NCBI GenBank assembly: GCA_964252035.1
Contig: OZ176201.1
Origin: Podarcis erhardii
Lineage: Eukaryota
Reading direction: 5' to 3' (one strand)
DNA: 64,000 nt
Both the position numbers and the translations under genes were made by a program. Below are positions 1 through 12,139 of this stretch, piece by piece. Below the pieces are notes generated by a model. It saw nothing but the letters and a program-made list of their open reading frames with translations. It searched no databases and was not told where the DNA came from. Position 1 is the first letter of the stretch. Each line of letters opens with the position of its first letter.

Positions 1-44
1 TTATAGAAGCTAGGTCAGATTGCTTTATAGGGTAGTCCAGCTTT

Positions 45-178
45 ACGCCATCTGGTGTCCTCCAGTTGATGTTGGACGACAATCCCCATCATCTCTGTCC
101 ATTGGCCATGCTGGCTGGGGATTATGGGAGTTGGAGTCCAAAAAAAAATCTGGAGGTTACCAGGTTGGGGGAAGGCTG
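45..178. mobile_element. Degraded palindromic hAT-type MITE
   Basis: Self-complementary core (ggacgacaatccccatcatc...gattatgggagttggagtcc) similar to the intact copies at 54098 and 63346; boundaries approximate. Confidence 0.7.
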
Positions 179-1631
179 TATTACAGACTAAGAAAAAGTG
201 ACGGGATTGAAAAGAGGATGCTTTAATGGTTGGTGGAATGAGCACATGAATCCTGGCTTCTAACTCCCTGCATAGTCTGGAGTGGGTAGGTGTGTATTTA
301 GTAAGCTGGCCAGAGTTGCTGGGGCAGACCCAGCCAGATGGGCAGGGTATAAATAAAAAGTTGTTGTTGTTGTCCTTCAGATTTGGCTTCAAAAACAAAC
401 CTTCCAGACCCCTCCCTCAAATCTCTCTTGTGCTTCCTACAGTCCCAGCATTGCAGCCACTAAGAGGGGGGTTTAATCCCCTCTCAACAATAAGAATGGA
501 GGACCTTATTTTTTACTGTAAATTGTGGGTGCAAAGAATCCCAGCAGTGCAAGGGAAGATATTGGATTTCTATTAGAGAAGGAAATGCTGAAGAGTGAAA
601 TACATTTGATCCAGGCACAGGGCTGCCTTCACTGCTGTGCCTTTGAGCAAAATGTACCAGAGGGCAAAATCTCACCACAGAAAGTACTTTCACGGCAAGG
701 TGACACCCCTCCTTTTCCTTTGCTGTGTCTAATTTCAGTGATGCGGCCTCATTTGCAACAATATAAAGCAAGGTGCAGGACTAAATCATCTGGTCCCTAG
801 AGGAGGGAGTCACCTTGGGTCCCGGAAGGCAGGTAGCCAAGTGAAATTTGACAGCAGGCCTTCCTCTCAAAATCAATTTGGGAGCTATGTTCCTTAATGC
901 CTCTAGTCTGGGCCAGGTAAAGTCTTCCCTCATGCATGTTGCAGGTTTCTGAGGGGTGGGGAAATCACATTTATATAGAAGGGTAAAGAGAAATGGCCCA
1001 GTCATTATGTAACATGATCCCTAGGAATAAATTCACTTTGTTCTCTCAGACTTGTAAGCCAAATCCAATATCAAATCTTAGTTATCACCCAATATTCTTC
1101 AAACTCATATGATTTTACTTTGCTCTGCAGTTTTACTTAACCTTTTTTGTTTTTAAAATGTTTATATTTAGTTAGTTAGCTAATTAGTTTCAAAAACTCA
1201 CAGTAATGCAAAACAAATAATAAGGAATATTAATAAGTAAACAAAATGAACACAGAACCCTACTCCCCAGGTAAGTGTCGTTTTTTGTACCTTCTTCTGC
1301 ACAAAACGGTCAAGTGAATCAATGTTCCTGTTTTATGTTATCCTAGCAGGCCTGTCCAAATAGCTGGAGGCTGCAGGGTGTATTCTCTTCTCCTTGCTTG
1401 CAGATCAGATAAACCGTTGCCCCAGTTCACACAGTCAACATTTCCCCCAACAGAGTGGCTCCATCAGTGTAGAAGTCTCACTTGTGTCCAAATGTGGGGA
1501 GCACATGTGCAATTTTTCCATTTTCTTTTTTAAGGGGGAGAATTCCTGACATGCAAAGGTCATATTCCCAGAAAAACTAGTCAAAACAGTGTTGTATTAA
1601 ACTCTGCACATATTCCTTCAAGCCCCTAAGG

Positions 1632-1776
1632 CAGGGATGGGGCACCCGTTGCCCTCCGGATAATGTTGGACTACAACTCCCATCATCCTTGACTGTTGGC
1701 CATGCTGGCTGGAACTGATAGGAATTAGAGTCCAACATTATCTAGATTCTAGAGGGTAACACATATCCTGTTCCTG
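1632..1776. mobile_element. Palindromic hAT-type MITE
   Basis: CAGGG...CCTG termini, ggactacaactcccatcatc core, 8-bp flanks CCCTAAGG/CCCTAAAA with central TA. Confidence 0.75.
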
Positions 1777-3385
1777 CCCTAAAAACCCCCACAAAGTGCC
1801 AATCAAGCAGAATTTTAAATCTGGTTCATCTGGAAAGGTTCAGTTGTACAGTAGTTCTAATAAGAAAACATTTCACTCAGATTTCAGCCGGAACTCATTG
1901 GAACCGAGTTAATGTTATTTTGCGGTGGCAAAATAAAAGAAGATACATATACTCCTTAGTGCTACACTACAAAGGCTAATTAGTGTTAATGAAGCATTTC
2001 GGACCAGCTGGAAGCAGATCCACCTCAGGGTTCCACACAGCACTCATAATCAAACGTCCTATCACCCCTCATCCTGCAATGCCCATTCCCATAACAAAGG
2101 CAAAAGTGGGCAGTGTGTTACTGCACCAACCATTGGAAAAATCAAGCAAAAATTTAACAAGAAAGTGTGAACATTTTCTCAATAATGTGTTTTAAGTTTC
2201 AATAGTCGACTTGCACTTTAGCACAAAAAAAGATGCTTTTAAAAAAATGAAGAAAATTTCAAATGCAAGCTGTAGAAAAGGAATGGGAGGAAGAAATTGT
2301 ATTGCAAAATATGAAACGGTGGCAGATTAATATCTCTGTTTAAGCAAAAACACCACTGATAAGCTGTTTGGCAGGGATGGGAGAGGAGTGTGGGAGGAGG
2401 GCAAATCACATTATCTGTTCTCTTTCCCAAGCAGATAACTGTGGAATGTTAACTTTTGCAAAAGTGCTCTGTGGGGGCAAGACTAGTAATTGTGGTGGTT
2501 CTGCTGGGTACGCAAGGCAAGTAATGCAAGTAACGTAGGAAAGTTTCACCAGCTGTCTCATCGCTGACTACAGCTTCCACAAGGTTCATCCATAATATCT
2601 TGCACCGTAATATCTTGCAAGTTCACATTTGAAAGTCGGGAGCTGAAATTGCATTGGAATTTGTTAGGAGTGGGGTGCACCGGGGGCGCGGGCGCAATAA
2701 CACAAAGAAGGTGGGAGAAATCCTGGAACACAACAGTCTGGCGGCAATGTCATCTGGATTCTGTGTGATAACTATGAAAATAAGTGATGTCAATTTCAGA
2801 GAAAATGCTTTAGTATGGAACCACCTCAGATGAACTTGGGAGCTTCAAAGAGAGCTTTGCTCATTCCTTGCAGATTGTATTTATAGTGCCCATTCATCTC
2901 CCTGCTCAGAGCCTGCCCAATGAGCCTCGCTCCGTAAAATATAAATTAACAACACCTATAATGTGCAATATTTATTTTGTTTAGCAGGTCATCGGTTTGA
3001 AGGTAGTTATTTCAGGTCTATGTCAACATTGTGTCCATTGGCCCAAAGCCTCTGCCTTTCTCAAGCTCTGTTCTAGAAACCCCAGCCCAATTTTGCGTTA
3101 GACTCCTGAACACTTAGTGAATCCTTCAGCATAAAGGTCTCATCCGGTGTTAATTGACTGACATTGAACAGTGACTTTCAGATGGCCTCACTCTGTTTTA
3201 TCCTTGTGATTCTCTGGCTAACTGCCTGGAAAATACTGGTGGCCTCAATCCCAGCAGATTAGGGACAGGCCCCAAAGAAACGGGCTTCCTGTCCTTCCCT
3301 CCCTGCCGTAATTAGTTCTAGTCTGTAGAGCAGAAGAATGCAACTATGTATAAAATCACCCAGTACACACATCTCAAGAATAATA

Positions 3386-3855
3386 GCATGAGACTCTTAG
3401 TTGGTGGTGCTGATAACGCCAGAGTTGCAGGTTCAATCCCCATATGGGACAGTTGCATATTCCTGCATTGCAGAAGGTTGGTCTAGACAGGGCCGGATTG
3501 AGGTTTGATGAGGCCCTAAGCTACTGAAGGTAACGGGGCCCTTTATATGTCCAGCTGTCCTTTATCAACAATAAATTGTTGCTGTTTTTTGTGTTGAATA
3601 CATGCTATATGGAAATTTATCGACCTAATAGGTATCTAAAGCCATTTGCACATAACAAAATATGTATTTATCAAAGTAATTGTTGAATTTATCTTATATT
3701 TTGGAAATGTACATCCAGGTTTTTTTTTACATTTTTTGGGGCCCCCCAAGAGAGGGGGGCCCTAAGCTATAGCTTGTTTAGCTTATACGTAAATCCGGCA
3801 CTGTGTCTAGATGGTCCTCAGGGTCTCTTCCAACTCTACAATCCTATGAGTCTAA
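3386..3855 (+). mobile_element. tRNA-head/CR1-tail SINE interrupted by a hAT MITE
   Basis: B-box-like gcaggttcaatcccc, body ttcctgcattgcagaaggttggtctaga, and tail agatggtcctcagggtctcttccaactctacaatcctatga resuming after 3803. Confidence 0.7.
3488..3803. mobile_element. Non-autonomous hAT DNA transposon (316 bp)
   Basis: TIRs CAGGGCCGGATT / CAGTGCCGGATT (1 mismatch); 8-bp TSD GGTCTAGA/TGTCTAGA. Confidence 0.85.
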
Positions 3856-4559
3856 AATTCTTCTCTTTATGGAGAGTCCTGGGAACAAATTACCACTAGC
3901 CTTTTACAAAACAAAACAAAATTAACTGGACCTCAGTGAGTTCTATCCACAGCTTTGGAAAGGAGAAGACAGGGCTCAACTTCAGCTGAGACTCAACTCC
4001 AGAACCCACTTTTAGTATCAGAATACAGCCCTGGCTTTCCTGCATATTGGGTAACCAGAATAATTCCATAAATATTTAGGATTATGGAGCAGGCTTTCAG
4101 ACTTGACTCTCAACTGCCTTCATCCCAGCATAAAACCCAGTTGTTTTTTTTAAGGGTATGGTGTTTTATTCTCCCTCAAGGCAGCTTCACATGTGTATAC
4201 TCAGTAAAACTATACAAAATGCGACTGCAGTACCCTTTCAAATTGTATGTATCAATGCATCAGGAAACCACAGCTCTGTTCCTATATATGTACTGGTAAC
4301 TATTTGTGTGTGATACATAGAAAATAACTCAAAGAGACATACTTCTGTGTAGACAAATAATGGCTTGCCCTGTGAGTGAACCAATTGTTTGTAAGAATAT
4401 GAGAATATGCAGAATAAATTAAGAACTCAGTGCTACTTGAAAAAGCTTGCACACTACTGCCATGATCAGAAGTTGATCCAATAAAATGAAACTGTGCTGA
4501 TTCTAACAGAAAGCAAGATGTTCCACAAAGAAAATTCCCCAATCCATATTAGGGCAATG

Positions 4560-4840
4560 CCTTTATTAGGTCAACCAAGGTATGGCAGAATAGTATGCAA
4601 ACTCTTGAATTCTCCAGAACTCCTAATCAGGCTTGAAGGTAAATACAGAAGGGAGAGAAAAATGACCGGTGGAGAAGAAGCCATGGATTTGCATCTACCT
4701 TAAGACACTTCACCCACAGCTATTTCTTCTCCCTCTTCCCCTCATTTGCTTTGCTTACCATCTTCTAGCCTGATGAGAAATTCTGCAGAACTTGAAAGTT
4801 TGCACACTATTTTCTGGCATTTTGGTTGGCCAAATAAAGG
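4560..4840. repeat. ~74-bp diverged inverted repeat pair, probably a Penelope-like element remnant
   Basis: 4560-4633 (cctttattaggtcaacc...aatcaggct) aligns to the reverse complement of 4767-4840 (agcctgatgag...ccaaataaagg). The Penelope assignment is from family resemblance only. Confidence 0.65.
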
Positions 4841-5449
4841 TACTGCCCATTATTTGCAACTAAAAACAGGGAGACACCTGTCCATCTGTATCTTGTGATT
4901 ATGCTGTTCAACGAAATGGTTCAAATAATGAGCACATTCCAAGAGTCTGTCTTCAAGTGGCTAGGTATCGGAGTGACAGCAGGCACCCAGGGTGTTGAAG
5001 GAGGGGCCAGGTCACCAAAGAGTTGATTTTTACGTATGCCCCAACCCCTCCAAAACCTCTCTTCTCAATTCACATCATTGCAGAAGCATCCTCGCTTATC
5101 CAACCCTAGTGTATTTCAACAAGAGCAATAGAGGAGAGTTTTGAGGGGTAAAGCTAATACAAAGCTAGGCTTAAAAAGGTGCAGACCTCAATTTACAATA
5201 GCAAGGTGTGTGTGTGTTTTTTTTTTTTAAAAAAATCAATTAATTGGTTGATCAAGAGGTGTATGTATACTCAGTTAAGCTAATCAATTCACTAAAAGCT
5301 GCAGATACAATTAATAGTTGGATCCCACTTTAGTAGTACTCTATATGCCAAATGATGGAACTACTGCACAACAGCATTCACACGTTACAAATACTAGCGA
5401 ATCTCTTTCTGTGTGTGTTTTCCTATTGAAGGACTAGTACACCCATGAG

Positions 5450-6600
5450 CACCCCTCCTAACCTTGGCTACAATTACCATAAAGGGAAACCGTGGACTCT
5501 GCGACGCCGTTCTTTCCCCTAGTACCGCTACCCAAAATGCGAACAAGTTGAACCGGAGCTCGGTAGAGTTAAAAACAAGACGCCTGGTACGCAACGACGA
5601 GGGAAAAAACCAGGAGCTTCTCGTTTTCTGTTCCCTGAAATCTCTCACGTCTCCTGAGGCTAACAGAGGAAATATCCCGTCCTTCTACTCCGGAATAATG
5701 ACCACGGAAGAAGATGCATCCGTTTCCATCCTCACAACCCCCAAACACCAATTAACCCTCTCCGCACCCCCGTGTTGCAATCACAAAAGGCGCGGGAGTG
5801 AAATCAATTTAATTCACCCGGATTGCAAGGGGATTATAAGGCTGAAGCGCGTCGGGAGGTTCCTTACTCCGAGATAGAAGCGATTCTTTATTGCCCCGAG
5901 GTGTCCCGAGGCGCCCACCCACGATCGCCTTGTTTTGTCTGCAAGAAGACGCGTGGCCGGGGCCACTGCCTCTGACCCGCTTTTCACCCCGTGCCTCCGA
6001 GCATCCCGCCTGCAGACAGGCTGCAGCCGCAGCAACATTGCTGTGCACGGCCGGGGAAGACGCCTACCTGCAAGCGGCGAGGCTGCAGTCGGCAGAGGCG
6101 TTGCAGGACGAGAGCTGTCCGGATCGGCTAGTCTGGCGGCTTGAGGCAAGCGTGCCCCGATCCCGGATTGGGAGGACTCTGGGGCGAGCTGGCGGCGCAG
6201 TCGCTGTCTCCACCACGCGCTGCTCCGGAGGAATGGAGCTGAGGAGTCGCTGCCTCCTCTTGCCGCTGCAGCAAATAACGCGGGTCCTCTCGCTCGCTCT
6301 CTTCCCCCACCCCTCCCCAAGGTGCGCAGGACGCCAGCCAGCCAGCCGTCGGGTCTGCTGGGGGGGAAAGAGCGGGACCGCCCAGAGGGAGATGCGGGAG
6401 GAGAGCGGGGCCAGCCGGGCAAGGGGATCGCCTGCTCTCCCGGCCACTGCTGCAGAGGCGTTGGTCGCATTTACAGCGCATCAGAGGAAGGTGCAAGGCG
6501 CTGTACGGGGGAAACAACTGCCACACTGAGCGGCTAGGCACGCGGCAGGGCAAACTGATGGTGACTTTCCCCGTGGAATGTTTAGAAGACCCACAGTCCG
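5450..6600 (-). promoter_or_regulatory. CpG island, probable promoter and non-coding first exon of an unidentified - strand gene
   Basis: High CpG density; - strand donor CAG|GTAGGC (exon ends 6068); no - strand ATG between 6068 and 6467; weaker second donor GAC|GTGAGA at 5648. Confidence 0.6.
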
Positions 6601-6897
6601 TGCTCTTTCCCCAACACGCTCACAAACAGGCCAGGGAAGAGATAACGGGTCCTTGTGATTTGCTTCCAGCTTCCGCTCAAGAGCGGTATACTATTCCTGA
6701 ATACAGAGGCTCAGTTTAGAGACTGAGAGCTGCGTTCCATAAATTTGTCTAATTCTGTTTTGTTTTTTAATTCATGGTGGTCATCAGAACATGTCCTGGA
6801 AATGCGTTCCACATGAGTGCTAATTATGTAGCGTGGAAGTATTTCAGGTTCCCATTCATCTGTATTTACTGCTATTCAGTTCCACTGGATTACTGGA

Positions 6898-6924
6898 GAG
6901 GAAGGAAGGAAGGAAGGAAGGAAG
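6898..6924. repeat. (GGAA)n microsatellite
   Basis: gaggaaggaaggaaggaaggaaggaagg seen directly. Confidence 0.9.
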
Positions 6925-7135
6925 GGCTGTGCTACTCTGCAAGATACTCCTCTCCACAGTGGACTGAGTTTTTCTCAGCTTTGGGACATAAATTAAGTTG
7001 TTATTGGAAAGTGAGAAATGCATGAAAGTGGGTCAAAGTAAACCCACTTGCTCAATCAGCAGTATATTTATTGAAAATAATAAGCCTTCACTATGTGATT
7101 GATTTCTAAAAGGAGTGACACACAGCTCAAGCCTA

Positions 7136-7910
7136 CAATAATAATAATAATAATTTATTTGTACCCCGCCCATCTGGCTGGGTTTCCCCAGCCACTCTGG
7201 GCGGCTTCCATAGAAACCAAAAATACAGTAAAATATCACAGATTAAAAACTTCCCTGAACAGGGCTGCCTTAAGATGTCTTCTGAATGTCAGGTAGTTGT
7301 TTATCGCTTTGACATCTGCTGGAAGGGCATTCCACAGGGCGGGCGCCACTACCGAGAAGGCCCTCTGCCTGGTTCCCTGTAGCTTTGCTTCTCGCAATGA
7401 GGGAACCGCCAGAAGGCCCTCGGCCCTGGACCTCAGCGTCCGGGCAGAATGATGGGGGTGGAGACACTCCTTCAGGTATACTGGACCGAAGCCGTTTAGG
7501 GCTTTAAAGGTCAACACCAGCACTTTGAATTGTGCTCGGAAACGTACTGGGAGCCAATGTAGGTCTTTCAAGACCGGTGTTATGTGGTCTCTGCGGCCAC
7601 CCCCAGTCACCAGTCTAGCTGCCGCATTTTGGATTAGTTTTAGTTTCCGAGTCACCTTCAAAGGTAGCCCCACGTAGAGCGCATTGCAGTAGTCCAAGCA
7701 GGAGATAACTAGAGCATGCACCACTCTGGCGAGACAGTCTGCGGGCAGGTAGGGTCTTAGCCTGCGTACCAGGTGGAGTTGGTAGACAGCTGCCCTGGAT
7801 ACAGAATTGACCTGCGCCTCCATGGACAGCTGTGAGTCCAAATGACTCCCAGGCTGCGCACCTGGTCCTTCAGGGGCACAGTTACCCTATTCAGGACAAG
7901 GAAATCCTGC
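7136..7910 (-). mobile_element. 5'-truncated L2-clade (CR1 group) LINE: 3' end of ORF2, 3' UTR and (TTA)n tail
   Basis: 201-aa ORF 7236-7841 with L2 ORF2 C-terminal motifs (LDYCNALYVGLP, IQNAAARLVTG, HITPVLKDLHWLPV, RAFSVVAPALWNALP); tail (aat)n on + at ~7137-7152. Confidence 0.92.
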
Positions 7911-7980
7911 CCTGCCCTAAGGCTAGGAAGCTACTTTTCCGAGTCACAAATGTGTGTGTCCTAGTTGTGGTTACTCAGCA

Positions 7981-8285
7981 GGGACGTGGGTGGTGCTGTG
8001 GTCTAAACCACTGAGCCTCTTGGGAAGATCGGCAGTTCAAATCAGCCTGATGGAGTGAGCTCCTGTTGCTCTGTCCAAGCTTCTGCCAACCTAGCAGTTT
8101 GAAAGCATACCAGTGCAAGTAGAAAAATAGGTACTGCTGTGGCAGGAAGGTAAACACATTTCCATGCGCTCTGGCTTCCATCACAGTGTCCTGTTGTGCC
8201 AGAAATGGTTTAGTTATGCTGGCCACATGACCTGGAAAGCTGTCTGTGGACAAACGCCAGCTCCCTCGGCCTGAAAGCGAGATGA
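7981..8285 (+). mobile_element. Sauria-type SINE, diverged and 3'-truncated
   Basis: Head gggacgtgggtggtgctgtggtctaaaccac and body ccaacctagcagtttgaaagca shared with the copies at 9536, 13736 and 50729. Confidence 0.85.
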
Positions 8286-8469
8286 TTGTCCACACACGAT
8301 CATACACTTGCCCCATAATTTTTGTGACCCCTGCTTTAAAAACACAATTTGCTCAGAATGCCTGTCTATTTTGTTGCCACATTTTGCACTAAAATAAGCT
8401 AAACTACGGTAGATTCAGGACAGACAAAAAAAAGTATCCGCACAGTATGTAGCTTAACTATGGAGTTAA

Positions 8470-9095
8470 CTTCTATGAAATTTGAGGATGGCAACAAACT
8501 TGGACAGATTTAAAAGAGGATTAGATAAATTTGTGGAGGATGGAGCTATAATGGCTACAAGTCATTATGGCTTTTTGCTACCCCCAGTACTGGAATAATT
8601 TATGCTTCTGAATATCAGTTGCTGGGGATTACAAGCAGGAGAGGGCTATTGCTCTCATATCATAAGGAACCAGAGGAAGCTGCTTTATATATTAAGTTAG
8701 ACTCTTGACCCATCTAGCTCAGTATTGTCTACACCAGGGGTCAGCAACCTTTTTCAGCTGTGGGCTGACCCACCGTCCCTCAGACCATGTGGTGGGATGG
8801 ACTATATTTTTTGGGGGGGGGGATAAAGAATTCCTATGCCCCACAAATAAAAGCACACATTCTACTTATGTAAAAACACGCTGATTCATGGACTGTCCAC
8901 TGGCGATTGGGCCACATCTGGCCCCCAGGCCTTAGGTTGCCTACCCCTGGTCTACTCTGACCAGTAACAGCTCTCTGGGGTTTCCAGCAAGAGTCCTATC
9001 TGAAGGTGCCAAAGACTGAACCTGGGGCTCTCTGTAGAAAGCACAGTGCTGGACTACATGAAGCATTAACCTGATCCAGCAGGGCTCTTATATTC
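8470..9095 (+). mobile_element. Old CR1 3' end with a nested opposite-strand SINE/CR1-tail fragment
   Basis: ttggacagatttaaaagaggattagataaatttgtggagga resembles a CR1 ORF2 end; tail gctggactac...cctgatccagcagggctctta at ~9045-9090; the inner segment ggaagctgctttatattaagttagactcttgacccatctagctcagtattgtctacac is a reversed tail. Confidence 0.6.
8735..8949. mobile_element. hAT (Charlie-like) MITE
   Basis: TIRs CAGGGGTCAGCAACC / CAGGGGTAGGCAACC; TSD GTCTACAC/GTCTACTC. Confidence 0.85.
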
Positions 9096-9535
9096 AAATT
9101 CTCAGGATGTGTCTATCTTCTGTGAACTCTAGGGTGGTGATTCTGAGCTGCGTAACGACTCACGGATCCTTGGAATTTTGGATGAGTTGTGTTTTCAAGC
9201 TGCTGGCAGTGGGAGCTGAAGTCTGGCAGAAGAAACTAGGAGTAACGAAACACGACATAATGTTTTTTAAAAAGACAGAAGGCAATGGGCAGTGAAAGTC
9301 CCACCTCCAGCAAGGCTTATTGTGTGGTGTTGGACACCGATATTTGTTTTGTTTCATTTATCCTTCTATAAAATTTTAGCGACGGTGGTCTGCCTCACAG
9401 AGTTGATGTGAAACACAATAAAGATGGGAAATAATTTTTAAACTCTACTATATAGTTTGGAAAGTTGTTTGTGCACATTTGGACCCCTCTTAAGATATTG
9501 TAACCACATTTTGCATGACAGTTCCTGAGGTCAAA

Positions 9536-9836
9536 GGGACGTGGGTGGCGCTGTGGTCTAAACCACAGAGCCTAGGGTTTGCCAATCAGAAAGTCGGTGG
9601 TTCGAATCCCCGCGTTGCTCAGTCCCTGCTTCTGCCAACCTAGCAGTTTGAAAGCACGTCAAAGTGCAAGTAGATAAATAGGTACTGCTCCAACGGGAAG
9701 GTAAACAGTGTTTCCGTGCGCTGCTCTGGTTCGCCAGAAGCGGCTTAGTCATGTAAGGCCAGTAAAGTGAGATAAGTGCTGCAATCCCAGAGTTGTCCAC
9801 GCCTGACCTAATGATCAGGGGTCCCTTTACCTTTAC
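9536..9836 (+). mobile_element. Sauria-type SINE flanked by a ~90-bp direct duplication
   Basis: tRNA-like head gggacgtgggtggcgctgtggtctaaaccacagagcctaggg...ggttcgaatcccc; tail gggtccctttacctttac; flanks 9446-9536 and 9834-9925 nearly identical. Confidence 0.92.
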
Positions 9837-10967
9837 TATATAGCTTGGAAAGTTGTTTGTGCACATTTGGACCCCCTCTTAAAATATTGTAACCACATTT
9901 TGCATGACAGTTCCTGAGGTCAAAGAGCAGGTTCTCATCTATTTTTGAATAAAATTGGATGCCATTTTTGAATCAAGATGCCAGACTGAACCTTTCAAAA
10001 CCGCACTAATTTTAACTGCTGTTTTCAAAACTGCACTGATTTCTGAGTTTCCTTAGAATTCCTGAGCAGTACTGTACTGCATACGAGGCTGCTACTGTAA
10101 TATAAATAGTAAGGATATTTTTAAACTATCAAATTCTATTGATTGGCCACACTGGAGGCCTGGTTCTGTTCTATTCTGAGGCTCCTAATGGAGTGACCAT
10201 CCTTAAATTTGCTTCCTCTCTTTGCAATCTATTATGGAGTGAAGCCATCCCTGCTCTCTCTCGCTCCATCTTTAGAGGAAGTCCACTGTACTGCTTCCTC
10301 CTTGGTGCCAGAGAGGTGATGGCATCTTACTGCTTATGAGTCTGATTTGCAAAGAGTGTTTATTCCTGGGGCCAAGGAATCAACAATGATAAAACAACAA
10401 TAACAACAACATCCCTCAAACAAAAGACATAAAGATGCAAACAAACCCTTCCCTCCTCTACTCCACGTGCAAAACCTGCCTTAAGCCAAACCAAGCAGTC
10501 TTCTAAAAATAACCATTGCATAAAGCGCAGTAGTTTCTTATTGCATTGTTGAACTGTGCAGATAAAAACAGCAAGGACTGCATGTCTTTAGAAAATGCAG
10601 AAGCGATGAACAGGAAGCAAGGACCATGTTCTATTTTCAACCTTTCAGTCTTTCAGAGGCAAGAAAAGGGAGGTGGTTATAATGTGCAACTGAAGAAGGC
10701 TGAATTGGTGAGAACATGAGCCAGTCTTAGTGCCTGGGCTTTCTGGACGCATGCCCTAATTCAATCATGATGGAAGGTATTATTTTGGAGAGAGTTTGGA
10801 AAAAAGGGTCTGAAACCAGTCCTGATTTGTTTGTCACTTCTTCAGATTCTTAAGTCAGCTAGTTTATGACACCCTTGCATTTCAGCTTCTATAGTATTAC
10901 TATTACTTTTTTCCTTTCCTTTCCTTTTTGGTAAAGTCTATTTAGTGTTCTATCTGACTTTATTCCA

Positions 10968-11117
10968 TTAATAATAATAATAAAAATTTTTATTTATATC
11001 CCGCCCTCCCCAGCCGAAGCCGGGCTCAGAGCGGCTAACAACAGTAAAATGATAAAACATTCTAAAATCATTTCATTATAAAATTAATTCCAATCAGATT
11101 AATGGCAACCATTGGGC
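10968..11117 (-). mobile_element. Short LINE (L2-like) 3' terminus with (TTA)n tail
   Basis: taataataataa followed by atttatatcccgccctccccagcc...gggctcagagcggctaaca, the same architecture as the tail at 7136. Confidence 0.65.
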
Positions 11118-12139
11118 TCAAGCATCCAAAGTCATTGGGCTTATGTACATGCAAAGAGCCTTTCTGGACAATTAATCTACATTGAAATGAGTGTGCAGTT
11201 GTGTTGCCCATTTTGTGTGTGGATGCCAAATGTTTTCCCACTGCCTTTCATAAGCACAGGCTGGCTTGAGTGTTGCTTAGAAGGTACAAACAGGTGACAG
11301 AATCTAGGTTGGTGTCAATGTGCCAAGAGGGTGAGAGGCCACTATTGGGGCCAGGGAGTTCGCAGAGCACTAGAATTAGCTTGGAATAAAGGATTTGCTC
11401 CGTAATCCAGCCAATGGCATGATGGGCCTGTTATGTACCTCTTAAGTACATAATTAGTGAAGACGCATGCGAGACTCCTTCATGTAGGCAGCTGCTCAGT
11501 GATACTTTGTAGACAGGACATGCAGTGGTGCCATGTAGATTTTGCAGGTTTAGCTAGAAATTTTGCATAAACCACTAGAGACTTAGTATTCTGTGCCCAC
11601 CAGGTAGCTTAGAATAAAGTTCCTTCCTTATATTTTGACCAGATTGGAGGGGGGCACAGAAGGGGCAAAGTATACTTCTATGTGGGTGAGGTGTGTCCCA
11701 TGTATTAAGCTCCCTGAAAGAAAAACAACAATCTATTTTAATGACAGGAATCCAGCATTGGGGAGACGCAGGTAGGGGGAAGCTCCTGGTTTGGGTGTTT
11801 GTGCCACCTATGCCTTTTGACAAGCTGCACTGTAGGGCAGTGTTCTCCCTCTCCCTCTCCCTCCTCCAAAGATGAAACATTATTTATCTTCCTTGCTATT
11901 TGACATGTTAATGTTTTGCATGCTACTTGATAGCCCGAGAAAGCAGCTTTTCTATATTTGGGATATCAGAGCAGAAAGTGTCTGATTCAGACTCTCCCCT
12001 GTCACATTGATTATTTTGTTTACAATGCTTTAAATAGCTAAACAGGCTGGGGAAGAGACAAGCTTGTTAGCTAAACTGCACTCCTGGCTAATCCTCACGA
12101 TGTCAGTTACGCTGGCCTCTTTTTCACCTACCTTCCCTT

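Noticed and set aside
1255-1278. Perfect + strand donor CAG|GTAAGT at 1271
   Set aside because: It matches the acttactcccaggtaagtg core of a common degenerate palindromic repeat, and I found no coding exon upstream of it.
5464-6553. Multiple 120-220 aa ORFs on both strands in the left CpG island, including a possible ADRA1B last exon
   Set aside because: No GPCR or other recognisable motif; long ORFs are expected at this GC content; several use non-ATG starts.
9560-9615. tRNA-like segments (ggttcgaatcccc, also near 3425, 12480, 14010 and 51030)
   Set aside because: These are tRNA-derived SINE heads with no complete cloverleaf, not tRNA genes.
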